This document shows positions 26,601 to 32,428 of a stretch of 32,428 nt of DNA, piece after piece. The position numbers and the translations under genes were made by a program. Source of the DNA: a virus. Lineage: Duplodnaviria > Caudoviricetes. The DNA lies in IMG/VR virus record IMGVR_UViG_3300030372_001119, positions 1 to 32,428 of that record; one strand, written 5' to 3'. Below the pieces are notes generated by a model that saw nothing but the letters and a program-made list of their open reading frames with translations, did not search any database and had not been told where the DNA came from. Within the stretch, counting starts at the first letter, position 1. Each line of letters opens with the position of its first letter.

Positions 26601-27342
26601 ACAAAGACCTGGCTGGTTAATGGGTGTATGGAGAGGTTTCCCTCACTCAAAAATGTGGGCTAAAAGAATTGCAAATAAAAGTAAACTTTATGATGAAGTA
26701 TCTAAAGATTTAAAAAGAGCTTATGAAAGTAATGATAAGTTATTAATAAGAAAAGCAGAAGATAAATTTGACCAATTACATAAAGAAATGACATTAGGCC
26801 CAAGACATTATGCTCCTTTAGTTTCTAATATGTTTCAATTCTTTAATTTTGCTGTCGCTGCTGCTCAAAAAATTACATACCAATACACACAAGGATCACA
26901 TAGGCATAAATTTCAAGGCTTAACAGCTGTATTTGCTTTAGCTTATGTTTCTCAATGGGCAAAAAATCCTGAGTATTTTGAAAGTTTAACTTTAGATCAG
27001 CAGTTATATAAAGCTACTGAATATGCTGGTGTTACATCTTGGATTCATAACGCAAATACTTATGTCGAGCAAATATCTCCACTCTTTATAGATGATGGTC
27101 TTAGCGCTAGAGATGCTTTTGGTGTTGAACCTTTAATAGATACTGATGATGTAACTGGACAAGCTCTAAGATCAGCTGGTACTCCATATCATCATGTAAG
27201 AACAACATACGATGTATTATTTAGAAATGATGAGTTTAGCAATAGAGAAATAAATAATAAAATAAGGTCTATGATACCTTTTATGAACTTACCTTACACA
27301 AAACCATTTGCTAAAAAAATACAAAGATGGATGGAGGATTAA
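23668..27342 (+). CDS. very large internal virion (ejection) protein
   Basis: 1224 aa; hydrophobic segments (GSFLFGGALG), NYMP..YD and C-terminal FQFFNF / IPF.NL motifs seen in T7 gp16-position proteins. Confidence 0.65.
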   Translation: MPIVDPNTETEDIILHDITTQKVQTTEERIEEEREYGFFGRFGYDVSLLWQTLPIDELKHHRERDALAAEHGIDTNFDWYSNAVPELRDDYASYLYSARNIQELKSMEDNLYENLNAKAEIAEYSLPYQFLLWGTSLAQDPLIFMNPAKNVRPGAGIIKNAASMGARTTALVAPFELARIALDPTSNMDELKYTLTGSFLFGGALGPIVGKYKGFRERKRTVKEIDKIIDNAFDEIDYIASTPSRKIFTDASGARIRGKKMEEVPVDTDWRDSTLRIPDESKKVTQAVRNVLKYPLGLERSWLDESFDIVKSLVKDGIITTRAGNELIDQVLELSGDSSYILNRTPEGQSPSVSSRYQSNYGGEIHNVRHFIQRAFRNINGLAESKALDAAGDFDAGIQTRRLSDFFKRKTGRGTRSLIEWHTLKELISLETAYPTKSVDEFINEYGARLNTTNPEEITRIFKEVKKSAKDYSTIYNRFYKDLFDNGLIDNAKVLDDLITRLEKQLTVYEKRLKKFEAMPNSKGRTAAIKDTKEMIAKRKGELQLQRKSLNQKKGDYKSKGQKNYMPLIYDPDLIRPIRGWVEKEIAKTLDVGDDLKPRAIRAKEIVDNMLNEGAGHFDNTGGRGRGGTKYLMKRSLQLPRSVIKKIAILDAEVLFRNYYRKIAPRIELAKSSGVKGDVSLYKWIDRIDEITTDAMSRAKSAKDIENIRIRGIVLKQNIHDMRDALLGNLITDSQSKRFDAKLSRDLKNLAASSVAGGFALNSFADIGNILGRAGLGDTWAGLLRKYTKLGTVDGLDNNKEMLVRWGILNEMAMSSVGARFIGDDGLYPTHWANKLSGAFSKGLDKMGNEIHKYSGLGPLTVWLKSLAGNISQQSIIARARVIANNATKLKNGKYKINPADNVDYDILSSLGFDLKDIIKLGLNTDDVGYKNIKINGVEQKDLWEINTQVWKDQELANKFGHAVWAETQMTVMTPQMAQRPGWLMGVWRGFPHSKMWAKRIANKSKLYDEVSKDLKRAYESNDKLLIRKAEDKFDQLHKEMTLGPRHYAPLVSNMFQFFNFAVAAAQKITYQYTQGSHRHKFQGLTAVFALAYVSQWAKNPEYFESLTLDQQLYKATEYAGVTSWIHNANTYVEQISPLFIDDGLSARDAFGVEPLIDTDDVTGQALRSAGTPYHHVRTTYDVLFRNDEFSNREINNKIRSMIPFMNLPYTKPFAKKIQRWMED

Positions 27343-27386
27343 TAAGTGCGTTGCAATAGAATAAACATTAAGGAAAGTAGGTCATT

Positions 27387-29609
27387 ATGGCAATAAGTGT
27401 ATCAGATACAAGTCCAAGAGTAGAATATACTGTTGGCACATCATCACAAACTGTATTCTCAGTACCGTTTGCTACTGAACAAGCTGCGGATATTAAAGTT
27501 TTTGTGAATGATGTAGAGGCTACACAAGTAGCTTCTCTATCAGGACAGACAGGAACAGCATACATATTAAATAACATAGGTACTGCTAGTTCTACTACTA
27601 TTGAATTTGCCACAGCACAAAGTAATGTGACCGTTGACATAATCAGAGATACATCTATATCAAGAACAAGTGACTACAACACAGGAGGGTATTTTGATAT
27701 TGAGGACCTCAATGTTGAGTTATCAAGGGTAACAAGAAACTTACAAGACTTGGAGTTAAAAGTTGATCAATCTATTTCAGCACCTATACAAGAGGGTACG
27801 CCAGGAGATTTACCTACTGCGACTTCAAGGGCTGGAAAGCTCTTGGCTTTTGACTCATCTGGTAATGTCACCACTAAAACATCTGCTATTACTGAGTATC
27901 TTGGAGCTTTTACAACTGATTTAACTAACAGGCCAGACGGTACTGCATTAGAAACTGGTGATTTATATTACAATACAACAGCTTTAGAAACACGGATATG
28001 GACAGGCACAGCATGGGATTTGGTATTTGGTAGGGTTCAACCTATATCAACAACATATACTTCTTCTGGTCAAACGACATTAACTCTATCAGCAAGACCT
28101 AGTAGTGTCTTGTCCATATTAGTTATTATTGATGGTGTATTACAGAATGTTAATAACTATACATTGTCTGATAATGTTATAACATTTACAACTGCTCCGC
28201 CTACTGGTGCGTCTATTGAAATAAGAGATTTTTCCTCAACAGTATCATCTGGTTCAGGAACTATTATTGATTTATCTGGTACAGAAATAACTCAAGCTAA
28301 TATAGATTTAGATAAACTACTTGCTGACTTAGCTGCTGCAACAAATAAAATAGATACATCACAATTATCTTCATCACTACAAGATCAAATATCTAATATT
28401 ACTACAGTAGATGGCAGAGTCTTGGTTCTTGAAAACATTATTACACAAAATGGTGTGCAAATTATTACGGATCAAGGAACTAAAATAACTGCGCTAGAAA
28501 CATTAACATCATCATTAGACAATACTGTTAATGGTTCTGCATCTACATCATTAACATCAAGGGTAGCTGCTTTAGAATTATTACAAGTGCAAGGTACTGG
28601 TAGTATAACATTAGACTTAAATAGAATTACTAATCTTGAGTCACAAGTATTTGAAACAGATGGAACTACAAGAAGATTAGCTACACTTAATGAACACAAT
28701 TCATTAAACGCTACTGTAAGTACACTTAATGGTACTACAACATCTCATGCTACACGATTAAATAGTTTAGAATCTATTGTAACTGGTGGTACTGGTAACA
28801 GAGTACTGGCTACAATATCAGAATTAAATGCTGTAAGCACAACTGCTGCATCTGCAAACTCTACAGCACAAGCCCAAGCTGCAACAGTTACACAGTTAAG
28901 TACAACAGTAGGTAATAACACAACATCAGTATCTACTAACACTTCAAGCATTAATGGAATACAAGGCAAGTACTCTGTTAAAATTATGACTAATGGTTAT
29001 ATTGGTGGCTTTGGATTAATTTCAAGTGCTAATGAAGTAGGTGGATCAACTACATCTTTTGCTATTAATGCTCAAAAGTTTTATATGGTTGATAGAAATG
29101 GTAGTGCTAATCCTAGTACAGTATTTGAGGTTGTTGGTGGAACATTTAATATTCGTGATGCTGTTATTGATTCATTACAAGCTAATAAAATTAGAGGAGA
29201 TGTTAATAAAAACCAAGTAGCAGAAACATCTGGTTCATCATCTTTAACATCTTCTTATGTATTAAAACTTACTTGTGATTTACCAGCACCAGATAATACA
29301 GGATCAACAGCAGAGGGCCATGCTGCTATGGCTTTTGCTAGTTTATATTTCAGCAGTACATCTGATGGTATATATGGAAAACTAACTGCATGTACATTAA
29401 CAGGAAGCACAGAGGGTACTGAGTATGTATTACATGATATATATGAAGATTGGTATGTATCTAATATGCACCTTAATGCTAGAATACCATCACAAATATC
29501 TGCAACAGGAAAGACAACAAGTGCAATTAGATTTAAACTATATGCTAAACATGATGGAACTGCCTGTAGTTTAACAAAAGCTAACATACTTGCTTGGGGA
29601 TTAAGATAA
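27387..29609 (+). CDS. tail fibre protein with T7 gp17-like N-terminal anchor
   Basis: SPRVEYT...FSVPF......IKVFVN...LN.EL anchor; heptad stalk; YSVK...NGYIGGFGL...FAINAQKF resembling the DUF1983/GpJ C-terminal region. Confidence 0.85.
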   Translation: MAISVSDTSPRVEYTVGTSSQTVFSVPFATEQAADIKVFVNDVEATQVASLSGQTGTAYILNNIGTASSTTIEFATAQSNVTVDIIRDTSISRTSDYNTGGYFDIEDLNVELSRVTRNLQDLELKVDQSISAPIQEGTPGDLPTATSRAGKLLAFDSSGNVTTKTSAITEYLGAFTTDLTNRPDGTALETGDLYYNTTALETRIWTGTAWDLVFGRVQPISTTYTSSGQTTLTLSARPSSVLSILVIIDGVLQNVNNYTLSDNVITFTTAPPTGASIEIRDFSSTVSSGSGTIIDLSGTEITQANIDLDKLLADLAAATNKIDTSQLSSSLQDQISNITTVDGRVLVLENIITQNGVQIITDQGTKITALETLTSSLDNTVNGSASTSLTSRVAALELLQVQGTGSITLDLNRITNLESQVFETDGTTRRLATLNEHNSLNATVSTLNGTTTSHATRLNSLESIVTGGTGNRVLATISELNAVSTTAASANSTAQAQAATVTQLSTTVGNNTTSVSTNTSSINGIQGKYSVKIMTNGYIGGFGLISSANEVGGSTTSFAINAQKFYMVDRNGSANPSTVFEVVGGTFNIRDAVIDSLQANKIRGDVNKNQVAETSGSSSLTSSYVLKLTCDLPAPDNTGSTAEGHAAMAFASLYFSSTSDGIYGKLTACTLTGSTEGTEYVLHDIYEDWYVSNMHLNARIPSQISATGKTTSAIRFKLYAKHDGTACSLTKANILAWGLR

Positions 29610-30067
29610 TGCCAAAATATACAGAAGAACAAATAAGAGAAAGAGAAGAAAAAGTAGCACAGGAAATGGAACAAGCAGAAAAAGAAACTGCTGCTCAAGA
29701 CGAAGCCTATGCTCAACTACTATTAGACCAACAAGCAAGGTCTGATTCTGAATCTGATGGTTACTATATACAAGTACTAGGTGATAACGAGTATGGAACA
29801 CAAATGGGTCCAGATAAAATAGATGATTCTTATGAATTAATTATTCCTTTTGTTGGACAAGTAAGTAAAGGTTATGAATTATATGTAGCAAGGAATGATG
29901 CTGGTGTTCTTGAACAAAGAATAAGAGAAGAAGATTTAGATTATTCTGGTAAAAGAAGAAATGAATATCCTAAACTAGCAGAACAATTAGATATGATATA
30001 CCACGACATAGACGCATGGAGAGAAACTATAAAAGAAATAAAAGAAAGGAATCCTAAAGGAGAATAA
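29609..30067 (+). CDS. tail fibre-associated protein / possible chaperone
   Basis: Likely ATG 29609 overlapping the previous stop; C-terminal Y...[15 protein letters not shown]...W...IK.IK...PK motif. Confidence 0.7.
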   Translation: MPKYTEEQIREREEKVAQEMEQAEKETAAQDEAYAQLLLDQQARSDSESDGYYIQVLGDNEYGTQMGPDKIDDSYELIIPFVGQVSKGYELYVARNDAGVLEQRIREEDLDYSGKRRNEYPKLAEQLDMIYHDIDAWRETIKEIKERNPKGE

Positions 30068-30069
30068 CA

Positions 30070-32428
30070 ATGGCTATAACTACAGTACATGGAAGAATGG
30101 TAACAGATGGTTCTATCGGAACTGATGACTTAGATGGTAGCTCTGTAAGTACAGGCTTTAGCGGAGTTACTAAAGTAGACAATGGTGATGGTACTCTTGA
30201 TATTGTTTTTGCTGCTGTAGGAGGAGCTACATATACTATTGTAACCCCTGACTTAACTGGACCAGCTGGACCTACTGGTGGTGCTGGAGCAACAGGAAGT
30301 ACTGGAGCAACTGGAGCGCAAGGACCAGCTGGACCTACTGGTCCGACTGGACCAGCTGGTACATCTGGTATTACTGTTACAGGATTTTCTTCTACATCTA
30401 ATAACGATTACACAGAAACTATTACTTTAACTTTCTCTGATAGTAGTACGCATAGCTTTACATCACAGAATTTAAGAGGTGCTACTGGCGCTACTGGTGC
30501 TACTGGACCTCAAGGTGCTACTGGAAACACAGGACCTACAGGAAATACTGGACCGACAGGGAATACCGGGCCTCAAGGTTCTATTGGTAATACTGGTGCA
30601 ACTGGTACATCTATTACAGGAATTAGCTTAACTGATAATGGTGATGGAACTTACGACATAGTACATAGTATGTCTGCTGGTTCTAATATTACAGTAACAA
30701 GCCCTAACTTAACTGGACCTACTGGAGCAACTGGTCCACAAGGTGCAACAGGAAATACTGGACCTCAAGGTATTCAGGGTATTCAAGGTGAAACTGGAGC
30801 TACTGGTGCAACTGGAGCTACTGGACCAGCTGGACCAATGGCAAATCTTGTTGAAGATACAACTCCACAATTAGGTGGTAACTTAGATTTAAATGGTCAT
30901 GAAATTTTAGATCTCCCAGCATCAGGAGGTGTAGCAACATTAGTAGCTGATGGAGCTATTACTGCTGGTAAGCCTTGTATATTAACTGCTGCTGGAAAAG
31001 CAAAACAAATAGTAGAAACAGGAAATACTGTAACAGAGGGTTTTGGAACAACATCAAACTTTGCGAGTAGCAATATAAATTATACAGCACCAACAATAGC
31101 TCAAATAGGAACAAATAAGGTTGCTTTTGCTTATCGTGATAATAGTAACAGTAATTATGCAACTGTACAAATTGGTGAAGTTAATGGTTCTACGAATGAA
31201 ATTACATGGGGTTCAAAAACTGTAGTAGATAGTAACTCTATTGATCTTTCTGGTATTGCTTATGATACAAATACAAGCACTTTAGCGGTACTTTATGGAA
31301 CAACATCTTGGGTAGAAATTAAAGGCGCAACAGTTTCAGGTACAACGCCAACTTTTGGAAGCAGTAAATCCTTATCAGCATTTGGTACTAACAAAGGTTG
31401 GGCTTTGCAATATGATCCAGATAATCAAAAAATAACAGCATTTTTGACAGGAACTTCAAGCGCAACAAATAGACTTAGATGTTATGACATAACAGTTAAT
31501 GGAACAGCAACTCCTACTGAAAATTATTATTCAGAAGATGGTAGTTTAGATGCTTGGTGGGCAAATGTAAATTATATTGCATCAGTTTATGATACTAATA
31601 CTAATGTTTGGTTAATTACTAATGGTTATGATAGTTCTACAACATCAAGATATTTTGTTGTTACAAATAATGGTTCAGCTTTTACAAGGAATGAAGTAAC
31701 TCAAACATTAGCAAACTATGGTGGTTATGCAAATCTTGCTTTTGATAGCACAAATAATAAAGTTGTTCTTGCTTACAAAAACTCAAGCGGTACAATGAAT
31801 GTTGTTAATTTAACAATGTCTGCAACAAGTTTTACTGCTGGATCAGTTACAACAACAACATTAGCAAATGAAGGTGGTTCTGTTTGGGTATCATACGATC
31901 CATCAGGTCAAAGAGCTGTTATATTTTCAGGAAAAGCTGCTGCTGTTGGCGCTAATTATGGTGTATATTCTAATGATGGTACAACCTTAACCGAAGTTTC
32001 AACAGGAAACTTTGGTAGCACAACTCAAGATTATTGGGCGCAAAGAGGTGGTGTACTTCAAACAGCTATGACAGATTTATCTAATAATCCTATTGTTTTA
32101 GCTATGGGTACAGGCGGATCAGACAGTTTTGCAGGAGCTTTTTCAGTAGCACAAAATGCTGTAACAAATCTTGATAACAATTATATAGGACTTGCTTCAT
32201 CAACAGCATCAGACGGACAGAATGTAGATATTAACTTAACAAATAGTATTAACACTTCACAAAGTGGATTAACTATTGGCGATGATTATTTTTCAAATGG
32301 TGCTGGTGAGATTAATAAGTTTATAAGCAGTTCAACATCAGGAGCTGTAACAGAAGTCTATAGTTCTGAAACAGCATTGAATGATCCATCAGAAAAAGTA
32401 ACTGTAGTATCAGATGGCAATAATACTT
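30070..32428 (+). CDS. collagen-like repeat tail fibre/adhesin (3'-truncated by the window)
   Basis: AAGGAG SD, ATG 30070; absent from the ORF track because no stop is reached; three Gly-X-Y blocks (~30259-30369, 30478-30606, 30715-30837), then [14 protein letters not shown] and a Ser/Thr-rich beta region. Confidence 0.88.
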   Translation, partial: MAITTVHGRMVTDGSIGTDDLDGSSVSTGFSGVTKVDNGDGTLDIVFAAVGGATYTIVTPDLTGPAGPTGGAGATGSTGATGAQGPAGPTGPTGPAGTSGITVTGFSSTSNNDYTETITLTFSDSSTHSFTSQNLRGATGATGATGPQGATGNTGPTGNTGPTGNTGPQGSIGNTGATGTSITGISLTDNGDGTYDIVHSMSAGSNITVTSPNLTGPTGATGPQGATGNTGPQGIQGIQGETGATGATGATGPAGPMANLVEDTTPQLGGNLDLNGHEILDLPASGGVATLVADGAITAGKPCILTAAGKAKQIVETGNTVTEGFGTTSNFASSNINYTAPTIAQIGTNKVAFAYRDNSNSNYATVQIGEVNGSTNEITWGSKTVVDSNSIDLSGIAYDTNTSTLAVLYGTTSWVEIKGATVSGTTPTFGSSKSLSAFGTNKGWALQYDPDNQKITAFLTGTSSATNRLRCYDITVNGTATPTENYYSEDGSLDAWWANVNYIASVYDTNTNVWLITNGYDSSTTSRYFVVTNNGSAFTRNEVTQTLANYGGYANLAFDSTNNKVVLAYKNSSGTMNVVNLTMSATSFTAGSVTTTTLANEGGSVWVSYDPSGQRAVIFSGKAAAVGANYGVYSNDGTTLTEVSTGNFGSTTQDYWAQRGGVLQTAMTDLSNNPIVLAMGTGGSDSFAGAFSVAQNAVTNLDNNYIGLASSTASDGQNVDINLTNSINTSQSGLTIGDDYFSNGAGEINKFISSSTSGAVTEVYSSETALNDPSEKVTVVSDGNNT

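Noticed and set aside
30259-30837. Short tandem nucleotide repeats as CRISPR or VNTR
   Set aside because: Explained by Gly-X-Y collagen codons; no constant repeat-spacer pattern
11027-31162. Minus-strand and alternate-frame ORFs within late genes (e.g. 11027-11680, 14268-14750, 14264-14638, 29255-29716)
   Set aside because: Shadows of well-supported genes, with no recognisable motifs
1-32428. Genome-wide stop codon reassignment
   Set aside because: Long genes translate cleanly in code 11, and TAA, TAG and TGA all end genes at sensible boundaries

Overview
Most of the genome of an AT-rich, probably marine, short-tailed dsDNA phage (podovirus; BPP-1/HTVC010P-like organisation by my recognition, not a database match), likely infecting an alphaproteobacterium judging by its SSB. 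The contig looks circularly permuted. 1-1362 (+) appears to be the end of the late arm and includes a metallophosphoesterase. 989-9115 (-) is an early/replication arm: DnaA C-terminal HTH protein, SSB, YqaJ-like exonuclease, replication initiator/loader-like pair, XRE regulator, ArdC-like protein and many small ORFs. 9891-32428 (+) is the packaging/virion arm: TerS, TerL, portal, scaffold, capsid, tail tubes A/B, ejection proteins and tail fibres, the last one collagen-like and cut by the window end. I saw no DNA or RNA polymerase, integrase, tRNA or CRISPR array. The most striking feature is the ~930 bp divergence point between the arms (9021-9954). A central palindrome with outward-facing -10-like hexamers is flanked by two long, bulged fold-back leaders, each complementary to the Shine-Dalgarno site, start region and early codons of the first gene of its own arm. 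Other notable signals are a closed ~190 nt structured RNA candidate, a perfect DnaA box beside the TerS promoter, and a GTGCGTT motif recurring before late gene blocks.
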